Assembly (NCBI GenBank): GCA_022843175.1
Contig: JALHOE010000001.1
Location: 70,988-134,987, forward strand
Source: Deltaproteobacteria bacterium
GTDB lineage: Bacteria > Myxococcota_A > Polyangia > Polyangiales > JADJMO01
Length of the DNA stretch: 64,000 nt
Direction: 5' to 3'
In this document: in pieces, positions 45,141 through 52,841 of the stretch
How the letters are laid out: every line of letters starts with the position of its first letter
Numbering within the stretch: the stretch's first letter is position 1
Made by a program: the position numbers and the translations under genes
The notes under the pieces: model-generated
What the model saw: the letters and a program-made list of their open reading frames with translations, nothing else
Database searches by the model: none
What the model was told of the DNA's origin: nothing

Positions 45141-46259
45141 ATGGACACAACGAAGACCGCCCGGGTTCTGGCCGTGATTGTAGGACTCGCGCTCGGGGGA
45201 TGCGGCAGCGACGACGCACCGAACACGACGCCCGTGACGGAGGTGTCGAACAATCCTCCGCCGTCGGCGCTCGGTGACAAGCGCGTGCCCTTCACGCCCG
45301 CAAACGACGTCGAGTTCATCGACTTCTTCGTTGGACACCACCGCGCCGCCATCGAGATGGCGCAGATGGTGGTCGCGAAGGGCGAACGCGCTGACGTGGG
45401 TGAAATGGCCCAGAGAATGATTGCCGCGCAGACCGCCGAGCTCGAGAAGATGCGTGCCGCGCGATCGGCGCTGACGGGCACAGCCGAATCGCAACCGCTC
45501 CCGCCGGATCAGCACATGATGGCGGACATGGAGCACATGAAGACGATGAGCGGCAGCATGCTCGATGAGATGTTCCTCGCGGAGATGATCGGTCACCACG
45601 CGGCCGGTATCGCGCCAGCGAAGCGCGCGATACCGAACCTTGCGCGCGATGACATGAGGACGCTCGCCCGGAGCATCGCCGCCAATCAGGCGAAGGAAGT
45701 CGGTGAGATGAACGAGATGCGGACGACGAGGCCCGAAGAACCGAAGGCAGGAGGCGAGGTGTCGCTCGATGGGGATCGGCGGGTGCCGCTCACACCGGGG
45801 AGCGACGTCGTATTCATCGACTTCTTCGTCCCGCATCACATGATGGCCGTCCAGATGGCGCAAATGGTGGTCGAACGAGGTCGCAGCGAGCGCGTGCGCG
45901 CCATCGCGAGGAACATCGTCGACAACCAGACTCGCGAGATTGCGACGATGAAGGAAGCGCGACTTGCGCTGACCGGCTCCGATGCGATCAGCATGCCGAC
46001 CGACGCTCAGATGGAGGCCGACATGCAAAGGATGATGGCCGCCAGCGCCGAGGCTCTCGACGCGATGTTCATCACCGAGATGATTCCGCATCACGCCGCC
46101 GGACTGTCGCCTGCGATGCGCGCGACGCCCTACCTCGCGCGCGACGACATGCGGAAGATGTCGAACGACATCTTCGAGGCGCAAGCGAAGGAGATCGGCG
46201 AGTTGTCATCCATCGCGAAGACGGAGGGCATCAGCGAGCTCCAGCCGACGACGCCGTGA
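45141..46259 (+). CDS. tandem DUF305 (ferritin-like, copper-resistance-associated) lipoprotein
   Basis: lipobox ALGGC; two repeats of FIDFFV.HH..A..MAQMVV...EMI.HHAAG. Confidence 0.8.
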   Translation: MDTTKTARVLAVIVGLALGGCGSDDAPNTTPVTEVSNNPPPSALGDKRVPFTPANDVEFIDFFVGHHRAAIEMAQMVVAKGERADVGEMAQRMIAAQTAELEKMRAARSALTGTAESQPLPPDQHMMADMEHMKTMSGSMLDEMFLAEMIGHHAAGIAPAKRAIPNLARDDMRTLARSIAANQAKEVGEMNEMRTTRPEEPKAGGEVSLDGDRRVPLTPGSDVVFIDFFVPHHMMAVQMAQMVVERGRSERVRAIARNIVDNQTREIATMKEARLALTGSDAISMPTDAQMEADMQRMMAASAEALDAMFITEMIPHHAAGLSPAMRATPYLARDDMRKMSNDIFEAQAKEIGELSSIAKTEGISELQPTTP

Positions 46260-46411
46260 GGACCACACCTTGGACTGCCGGGTGCTGTTCGTCGGAGTCG
46301 CGTCGTGCGACGGGGAGCAGCGCACCGGGAACCGTGAGCAGCACGCATTCATCAATGCTGCGCTCGACGTCGGGTCCGATCCAGCAGACGACGCGCGAAA
46401 GGCGCGGCCGC

Positions 46412-46453
46412 TCAACCGACGCGATCGAGATAGCGTCCGATGTTGTCGGCCGC
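46412..46453. repeat. 42-nt direct repeat, copy B (authentic 3' end of the GMC gene)
   Basis: tcaaccgacgcgatcgagatagcgtccgatgttgtcggccgc. Confidence 0.85.
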
Positions 46454-47773
46454 GCGCAGCGCGTGGGCGAGCACCGTCAGCGTGGGGTGTCGATCTCCGG
46501 CGGTCGGCATCACCGACGCGTCGGCGATCCAGACGTTCTCGAGCGCGCGCAGTCGTCCGAAGGGATCGCACACCGAACTCTCATCAAGTCCCATCGCACA
46601 GGTGCCCGCCTCGTGCCCCGCGCCCGGCTGCAGCGGATCGAGGAAGGGGATGAGCTTGCTGCCGGGAATGGCGATCGCGTCGGCGAGCGCTACGCACGCA
46701 CGGCGCATGTCCGCCGCCATCCGTCGTTCAGCGGCGGACCACGCGAGGTGGATCCGCGGGACTCGGCGGCCGAGCGCGTCACGCTCGTTCGGATCGAGAT
46801 CGACGTACCGCTTCGCGTGCGGAAACATCTCGCCTATCGCGTGGATCTGCGTGGCCGACCATCGGTCCTCCTCGCCACCCGGCACCATCCGTTCGACACC
46901 GAGCGGCGCGAGTGGCAACGGTCCGGTGACTTCGATCGAAACGCCGCCGGGATATGACTCCCGGTCGCCGGGGCCCGTGTTGACCAGACCGTGCGCGAGG
47001 ACCGATCCCGGGAACGGTCCTCGCGCGGCCGTCGCCGAGGGCACGGGGGACGGTTCGAGCAGCAACCAGCTCGCGACCATGTGATCGACGAGCCCATGAC
47101 CGATGCGTCGCGCGCCGACGTCGCTGCTCAGCAGAATGCGTGCCGTCTCGACGGGCGAGGCGGCAAGCACGAAGGCACGCGCGCGAAGCTCTTCGCGGGT
47201 CTCGCGCATGAGGTTCAGCACGGAGAGCGCTTGGGCACGCTTGGCGGTGTGCTCGAGGTGGAGTGCAGCGCGGTAGCAGCGCGCCTTTCGCGCGACCTCG
47301 TGGGCGAGCGGGGTCCACAGGCGGCGACTGCCCGTGCCCGCACGAAGCGCGCCGCGCTTCGCCGCGAACCGGATCGCGAGTGTGCGCGCCACCCGACGAT
47401 AGCGTTCGTCGATCTGTCCCTCGACGACACCCAGCGTGCGTTCGACCGCTGCGTAGTGCGGGGCGAGGGCCGACGCGCCGTAGGGCCACTTCCCGCGGCG
47501 GAAGACCACGTCGGGAAACCGGTACGACCATCCGCCCCAGAGAAGCGCTCGACCGCCCACGGCGCGGACGCGATACCAATCGAACGAGCTGCCCACGGCG
47601 CGATACGCCCAAGCGCGTCGATCGACTTCCGGGGTCCGCTCGCCGTCGCGCAGCCGTGGCCCCGCATCCAACAAGAGAACGCGATAGCCCCGCGAGATAA
47701 GTCGGTCGGCAGCGATCGTCCCCGCGGGACCGGCGCCGACAACGACGACGTCCCACGCGGTCACTGGAGGCAC
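46412..47773 (-). CDS. GMC-family FAD-dependent oxidoreductase
   Basis: VVVVGAGPAGTIAA Rossmann motif; C-terminal GAGHEAGTCAMG...NVWIADASVMPT.G..HPTLT. Confidence 0.8.
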   Translation of the reverse strand: MPPVTAWDVVVVGAGPAGTIAADRLISRGYRVLLLDAGPRLRDGERTPEVDRRAWAYRAVGSSFDWYRVRAVGGRALLWGGWSYRFPDVVFRRGKWPYGASALAPHYAAVERTLGVVEGQIDERYRRVARTLAIRFAAKRGALRAGTGSRRLWTPLAHEVARKARCYRAALHLEHTAKRAQALSVLNLMRETREELRARAFVLAASPVETARILLSSDVGARRIGHGLVDHMVASWLLLEPSPVPSATAARGPFPGSVLAHGLVNTGPGDRESYPGGVSIEVTGPLPLAPLGVERMVPGGEEDRWSATQIHAIGEMFPHAKRYVDLDPNERDALGRRVPRIHLAWSAAERRMAADMRRACVALADAIAIPGSKLIPFLDPLQPGAGHEAGTCAMGLDESSVCDPFGRLRALENVWIADASVMPTAGDRHPTLTVLAHALRAADNIGRYLDRVG

Positions 47774-47902
47774 CTTGGTCTCGAGGAGTGCATGACTTTG
47801 CTCACGACGGGTCGTCGTTCACGAGGAGTGGGCATCGCGTTTGCTCTCGTTCGCGCGACGGCAGTTCGTAGTGAACCGCCGCATCCGAGAAACGAGGCAC
47901 GC

Positions 47903-48052
47903 ATGAAGAATCTTCGTCCCATCGAATTGCAGAACGTCAAGGTCACCCGACGTTCCGCGAAGGTGCGGGATAGCCATTGCGGCGATCCCCCGGCGGCCCG
48001 CCATTGCGGCGATCCGCCTTCTCATAGCGGCGCAGCGACCGAACGTCGCTAG
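47903..48052 (+). CDS. unannotated 49-aa HCGDPP-repeat peptide (MKNLRPIELQNVKVTRRSAKVRDSHCGDPPAARHCGDPPSHSGAATERR)
   Basis: ATG with GAGG upstream; paralog of 2683-2835; two intact repeats plus one degenerate (HSGAAT); followed by a hairpin and a T-rich run. Confidence 0.6.
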   Translation: MKNLRPIELQNVKVTRRSAKVRDSHCGDPPAARHCGDPPSHSGAATERR

Positions 48053-48060
48053 CCGGACGC

Positions 48061-48100
48061 CGAGTCCCTCGCCGGTCCGAGTCTCGACCAGCGCGGGACT
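48061..48100 (+). terminator. hairpin terminator after the peptide gene
   Basis: gagtccc...gggactc outer stem with further inner pairing (ggtc/gacc), followed by atttgttct. Confidence 0.5.
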
Positions 48101-48113
48101 CATTTGTTCTGCG

Positions 48114-48130
48114 TGTGACCGGCGAGGTCA
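48114..48130. promoter_or_regulatory. GTGAC-N7-GTCAC dyad (copy 13)
   Basis: perfect gtgaccggcgaggtcac; the only copy with no obvious gene start within about 200 bp. Confidence 0.5.
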
Positions 48131-48244
48131 CGTGCGCCAATTCACGGAGAGCGCGCGGCGGCGCGTCAATATCGTGGCAGTCGACCTGATCAACTTGGGC
48201 AGTCCGCATCCAACCGATGCGAGGCGAGTTTGTGTCTGCAACGG

Positions 48245-48580
48245 TCACTTGACCAGCCGTGCGACGACGGCACGCGTGAGGAACGACGCGCTGCCGAGCC
48301 GCGCTGCGACGCGGTCCGCGAATCTCGGAAGCACCAACGTCTGCCGGCCTCGCTGTCGCAGCGACGCATCGACGACTTGATCCGGCGTGCGCCAGACGAA
48401 GGAAGGGAGCCGCCCCATGTCGAGCTCTCGATACTCGACCGTGGTGGCGAAGCGAAAGAGACCTTCGCCGCTCGCCCTCCCTGCCGCGACGATTCGCGCC
48501 CGCTCGGCCCCCGTCCGGTGTTTCGCCATGCCCGCGTCGTCGCACGCGCGCGAGGTGTCCGCAACGTGGGGTTCGTGCAC
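48245..48580 (-). pseudogene. possible orphan C-terminal fragment of a short-chain dehydrogenase
   Basis: ...FVWRTPDQVVDASLRQRGRQTLVLPRFADRVAARL... resembles an SDR C-terminal tail; no Rossmann N-terminus present. Confidence 0.3.
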
Positions 48581-48661
48581 CGGTTACGAAGAATCACGTA
48601 CCTCTCGCTCATAACCCAACGGGTCCATAAACCCGTTGGGGACGACTCTTGTCGCCCCAGA

Positions 48662-49417
48662 TCAGAAGGGTCGATACTGCACTGCGACTGCAGCTCGAAA
48701 CGCAGGCGAGTCGGCGCCGATCCCCACGCCGCCACCCACCGCCGCTACGAGCAGCGGCGTCAGCTGCATCCGGAACCCGAGCTCGGCGAGGTTCTGGACC
48801 TTGCCGGTCTGCATTCGCTGCTCGTGAGCGAAGTCGGCGATCCCCATGATCCAACTCGACACGCGAAACGAATACGCGCCGATCAGTCGGTAGCGTCCGC
48901 TTCGCTCCATCTCGTCGCGCCGCACGTTGAATTGCCAGACGCCGTTGAAGTGAAGCGCATGGAGGAACGTGGTCCCCGGCAAGTGCTTCGTGACGTTGAG
49001 CCGCACGGCGGGGTCGAAGCCCTTGCGGCGCGACTCGGCACCCGTTGGTGCTTCGATCATGCCGCCGAGCGCGAACGCCGGCACGGTCAAAGTCTCCTGA
49101 TTGAAGTTGTAGAGCGCGTCCGCTGCGACGCGACCGATGTCCACGTGCTTCCCGGTCTCGAGCACGACGGGCACCCGCACCGCGACCTGCCCGTTCCGGA
49201 TGACGCCCCATTCGAAGCGCGGATCGAGCGTCACCTTGGACGTGCGCTCCCTGCTGTATTCGTAGCGCGTGAGCGCCTGCACCTCGCGGCTGTAGTGACC
49301 GACGACGTACGCGTCGGCTGCTTCGACCGGGAGCCCCTCTTCGAGGTTTGTGTGATCGGCCGCGAGCGCCGTCGTCGGGATCAGCGTGACCGCGAGAAAG
49401 AGAGCGCCGCGCATCAT
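48662..49417 (-). CDS. outer-membrane beta-barrel protein (MetA/phenol-degradation-like transporter family)
   Basis: MMRGALFLAVTLIPTTALA signal; alternating beta-strand pattern; C-terminal ...AVAVQYRPF; its ATG overlaps the upstream stop. Confidence 0.6.
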   Translation of the reverse strand: MMRGALFLAVTLIPTTALAADHTNLEEGLPVEAADAYVVGHYSREVQALTRYEYSRERTSKVTLDPRFEWGVIRNGQVAVRVPVVLETGKHVDIGRVAADALYNFNQETLTVPAFALGGMIEAPTGAESRRKGFDPAVRLNVTKHLPGTTFLHALHFNGVWQFNVRRDEMERSGRYRLIGAYSFRVSSWIMGIADFAHEQRMQTGKVQNLAELGFRMQLTPLLVAAVGGGVGIGADSPAFRAAVAVQYRPF

Positions 49418-50724
49418 TTCGCGGCCCCGTCGGTCATCGGGAACGGCTCGACGTTCGGCATGCCCTGCGCCTTGTCGAGCCACTCCTTCGTCGCCATGGC
49501 AGCGTGTTTCGGCGTCGCGCCAGGCTTCATGCCCTCCTTGTCCATCTTCATGTTGGGCACGAGCTTCATCACCGCGTCGTGCAGCGAGCCGGGGAGCTCA
49601 CCGGGTTGCGTCGCCGGCGAGAGCTTCATCTTGAGTTGCTCGCGCACCTCGGGAGGCACCTCCTTGCTCCCGTCGGGGCTCATCATCGGCCACATGCCCT
49701 CGAACATCTCCTCCATCATCTTGTTCATCGGGCCCTCGTAGCCACGCATCCACGGCTCGTAGCGGCGCGGATCGACGTCGGGGTGCTCGATCGCGAACTT
49801 TCGCGCGAGCTCGCGGTCACCGGGCTGCGCGCTCATCGCCTCGACGACGCGATAGAGCTCGGCGCGCTTCTCGTCGATCGTCCAACCGTCGTACGCGAGG
49901 ATCGCGTAGGCGATCCCGTGCAGCATGTGCAGGTTGTCGAAGATGTTCGCGGACTCCGGCGACATGCGCGAGTAGCGCGGCATGATCTCGCGGGAGAGCA
50001 GCATTCGTTGTGGTCGGTTCGCCAGCACCTCCGTCGAGGTCGCGTGCGTCGCATCGACGATCGCGTCCTGCTCGGACCCGTTGCCGCCGAGCATCTGCGC
50101 TTCGTAGATCGCGGGGTGCCACCAGTGCGCGTAGTAGAAGAACGTCGCCGAGCGAGGATGGTTGTTCCGATAGACGCCGAAGTACGGCTTCATCATCACC
50201 ATCGCGCGGCGCATCGTGAGCTCGAGGGGCGCCGGACTTCGCGCAGCCCTCGGCAAGTTCTCGAGGTAGTAGTCCACCGCGTCGCGGGTCACCTCCGCCT
50301 TCTTGCTCCAGGGGATGTCACGATCCGACAGGATGTCGTAGGTCTGCTCGTGGTGGATGTGCGTCCAGTCGATCGCCTGGTACAGCCGCCACGCAGCCTG
50401 ACCGACGTGCGGCCCGTACGTCATCATCGTCGGCTCCATGCGCGGTGGATCACGGAACCACGCGAGGCACTCCGCCTCGAAGTCCCGATCGATCTCGGCG
50501 GCATGCGCGAGCGTCCCGAGCTGTAGAACGTCGTGCTGCTTTCCGTGCGCGAAGTGGATCGCCCCGCTCGTCCGGAACTGGGTGTTGTGACGCCAGAAGA
50601 ACGCGTTGTTGTAGCTGCGGCGGCGCGAGGCGACCGCGTCGCGCTGCTCCAGATGGAGCGAGCACGCGCTTGTCGCCGTGGTCGCGAGCAGGGCGAAGCA
50701 CAGCGTGGCTCGGGCGAATCTCAT
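49414..50724 (-). CDS. lipoprotein of unknown function with a Met-rich C-terminal region
   Basis: MRFARATLCFALLATTATSAC lipobox; His/Trp-rich core (YYAHWWHPAIYE); C-terminus MNKMMEEMFEGMWPMMSPDG...NMKMDKEGMKPG. Confidence 0.6.
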   Translation of the reverse strand: MRFARATLCFALLATTATSACSLHLEQRDAVASRRRSYNNAFFWRHNTQFRTSGAIHFAHGKQHDVLQLGTLAHAAEIDRDFEAECLAWFRDPPRMEPTMMTYGPHVGQAAWRLYQAIDWTHIHHEQTYDILSDRDIPWSKKAEVTRDAVDYYLENLPRAARSPAPLELTMRRAMVMMKPYFGVYRNNHPRSATFFYYAHWWHPAIYEAQMLGGNGSEQDAIVDATHATSTEVLANRPQRMLLSREIMPRYSRMSPESANIFDNLHMLHGIAYAILAYDGWTIDEKRAELYRVVEAMSAQPGDRELARKFAIEHPDVDPRRYEPWMRGYEGPMNKMMEEMFEGMWPMMSPDGSKEVPPEVREQLKMKLSPATQPGELPGSLHDAVMKLVPNMKMDKEGMKPGATPKHAAMATKEWLDKAQGMPNVEPFPMTDGAAK

Positions 50725-50725
50725 G

Positions 50726-51136
50726 TCACGCCTGCGCCGGCAACGACGACATGAGTCGCGTGCACGCCGCCTCGCAGCGCCGGCAGGCCTCCGCGCAGAT
50801 TCGGCAGTGCTCGTGCTGCTTGCCGTGCTTCTCGCACTCCTCGGCGCAGAGGCGGCACGCGAGCTCCATCGCCTGAACCTGCGCGCGGAGCAGCGCCCAC
50901 GACGGCTCGGTCTGCCGCGCGAGCATCCGCGCTGCGGCCTGACACGCATCGGCGCAATCGAGGTTCGTGCGGATGCAGCGCCGCAGCATGTCGATCTGCT
51001 GCTCGCCGAGGCAGGCGTCCGCGCAGCTGTTGCAGGCGTCGAGGCAGGCGAGACACTCCTCGATGCAGTCCGAGAGGACCTTCGGATCGATCGTGGTATT
51101 GCGCGGGTGGGTCTTGAGCATGTCGAGGTGGTTCAT
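50726..51136 (-). CDS. four-helix-bundle Cys-rich copper-binding protein (DUF326/Csp3-like), copy 2
   Basis: 136 aa; roughly 85-90% identical by eye to copy 1; its stop lies 1 nt before the next ATG. Confidence 0.85.
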   Translation of the reverse strand: MNHLDMLKTHPRNTTIDPKVLSDCIEECLACLDACNSCADACLGEQQIDMLRRCIRTNLDCADACQAAARMLARQTEPSWALLRAQVQAMELACRLCAEECEKHGKQHEHCRICAEACRRCEAACTRLMSSLPAQA

Positions 51137-51642
51137 GGTGAGGTCTCCGACGAATGCGGGACGCGCGCATGCTGCGTGCGTTCAATCGATTCGGACAAGC
51201 GTCGATGACCCGTGCGTCACGGCATCGCGGCGCCACCTTCAAAAAACACATCCAAAGCCGGCGCGAGTACACATCTGTCACGCGGCGCGAACGCCCCGGT
51301 AAGCAACGGTCACGGGGCGCCGTGTCTTCTCTTCCTACGGCGCCATGGGCATTACCGTACGAGTATTGACTTCCCCGATCGAGCAGGTCGCGGTTATCGG
51401 CGGTATCGGCGGACTCCACCGCCACTCGTTCGGAGACGCGCCGATCGACGCAGTGGTCAACCCGCTGTACGCCGGCGCGACATCGATGTCGCACGCGCGC
51501 CCGCGGACTCCTCGTGTTGCGCGCCACTGGTGTTCTTCGAACCGTTCGCGAAGTGCTCGCAACTTCTCTTTCGCCGACTCCAGCGCGCGCCGCCCTTCGG
51601 CGTGATCGAACACAGGCGACGATAGCGCCGGATGGTGTCGCC

Positions 51643-52638
51643 TCACGCGCGCGCGAAGCGCGATCCCACGTACGCCACGCCGGCCACTGCAAGGAACGAC
51701 GCGGCCGCGATGAGTAGCGGCCGCCGCTTCTCGAGCTCGAACCCGAGACTCATCGACCGCGCCGAGTTGTCGAACGTTCCGTGCGCGCCGGCGTCCCCGG
51801 TGAGCGGCTCATACAGGTTGTCTCGGCGCTCCCGCTCGATCGGCTCGTCGGTCTGCTGACCGTCGTAGGCATGCTCGGCGAGGTAGCGATCGGCGAACCC
51901 GGGAGCGAGCTTCTCACCCGCAATCGCCTTCACCACCGGCCAGCCGACGAGGATCTCACGGCGACGATGCTCGGCCGCGAAGACGATTGCCTCGGCCGCG
52001 ACCTCCGGCTGGAAGATCGGCGGCACGGGCATCGGCTTGTTCGGGAGCTTCGCGCGCGACCACGCGAACTGCGGCGTGTTCAACGCCGGCATCTGCACCT
52101 CCGTGACATGCACGTTGCTCCGATCGTGAATCAGCTCCGAGCGAAGCGATTCGGTGAAGCCGTGCACCGCGTGTTTCGCGGCGCAGTACGCCGACTGCAA
52201 GGGGATCGATCGGACCGCCAGCGCGGAGCCGACCTGGACGATCACGCCGCGATCACGCGTTCGCATTCGGCGAAGTGCCGAGAGCGTGCCGTGAACGTAA
52301 CCGAGATAGGTTACCTCGGTGACGCGGCGATACTCTTCCGGCGTCGTCTCGACGACCGGCGCGAACACCGACACCATCGCGTTGTTCACCCACACGTCGA
52401 TCGGACCGAGCTCGCTCTCGACGCGCGCCGCTGCCGCGTCCACTGCGGCCGCATCGGCGACGTCGCACGGGACAGCGAGCGCGCGACGTCCGGCTGCCTG
52501 GACCTCTCGGCGAGCGCCCTCGAGCCCATCGAGACCGCGCGCGACCAACCCGACGTCGTAACCGCGCTCCGCGAACGCGCGCACGGCCGCCCGGCCCACT
52601 CCTGCGGATGCCCCCGTGACGACCACGATCTTCGACAT
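51643..52638 (-). CDS. short-chain dehydrogenase/reductase with a C-terminal membrane-anchor extension
   Basis: VVVTGASAGVGRA, NNAMV, S...YCAAKHA catalytic pattern; extra tail of about 90 aa ending in a hydrophobic helix. Confidence 0.85.
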   Translation of the reverse strand: MSKIVVVTGASAGVGRAAVRAFAERGYDVGLVARGLDGLEGARREVQAAGRRALAVPCDVADAAAVDAAAARVESELGPIDVWVNNAMVSVFAPVVETTPEEYRRVTEVTYLGYVHGTLSALRRMRTRDRGVIVQVGSALAVRSIPLQSAYCAAKHAVHGFTESLRSELIHDRSNVHVTEVQMPALNTPQFAWSRAKLPNKPMPVPPIFQPEVAAEAIVFAAEHRRREILVGWPVVKAIAGEKLAPGFADRYLAEHAYDGQQTDEPIERERRDNLYEPLTGDAGAHGTFDNSARSMSLGFELEKRRPLLIAAASFLAVAGVAYVGSRFARA

Positions 52639-52841
52639 GTTGAGCTCTCCGATGCCGGAGCGACTGCTGCAATCGCTGTGAACGAACGCTGCCCCCGGAC
52701 CCTTGAACGTCTGTGTCACGTTGGCACTGGCCCATCTGTGGAGGTTGCTTCCAATCTCGCAAAACTACCGTGCGTCCGGCACGTGATGCTCTCGCCGCTC
52801 GAGGCGATACCGCGGCCGGGGCAGCGTTACGGTCGAGGCGC

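Noticed and set aside
47790-47902. An in-frame N-terminal extension of the second HCGDPP peptide (MTLLTTGRRSRGVGIAFALVRATA...) that looks vaguely like a Tat signal.
   Set aside because: It is not conserved in the paralog, where a stop codon lies 5 codons upstream of its start. The RR context does not match the S/T-R-R-x-F-L-K motif well.
90-48130. GTGAC-N7-GTCAC dyads interpreted as rho-independent terminators, REP hairpins or CRP/FNR-type sites.
   Set aside because: There are no U-tracts. The conserved part is the arm sequence rather than base-pairing potential, since the inner spacer positions are often non-complementary. The copies mostly sit upstream of gene starts, including centred in divergent promoters. 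The half-site spacing does not fit CRP (N6). A REP-like role cannot be fully excluded without genome-wide data.
51137-51642. A 500-bp gap upstream of DUF326 copy 2, examined for a dyad, small ORFs or an RNA gene. The track lists a 103-aa ORF at 51335-51646.
   Set aside because: No perfect GTGAC-N7-GTCAC copy, no convincing SD-led ORF and no tRNA-like or riboswitch-like structure that I could recognise by eye. The region remains unexplained.
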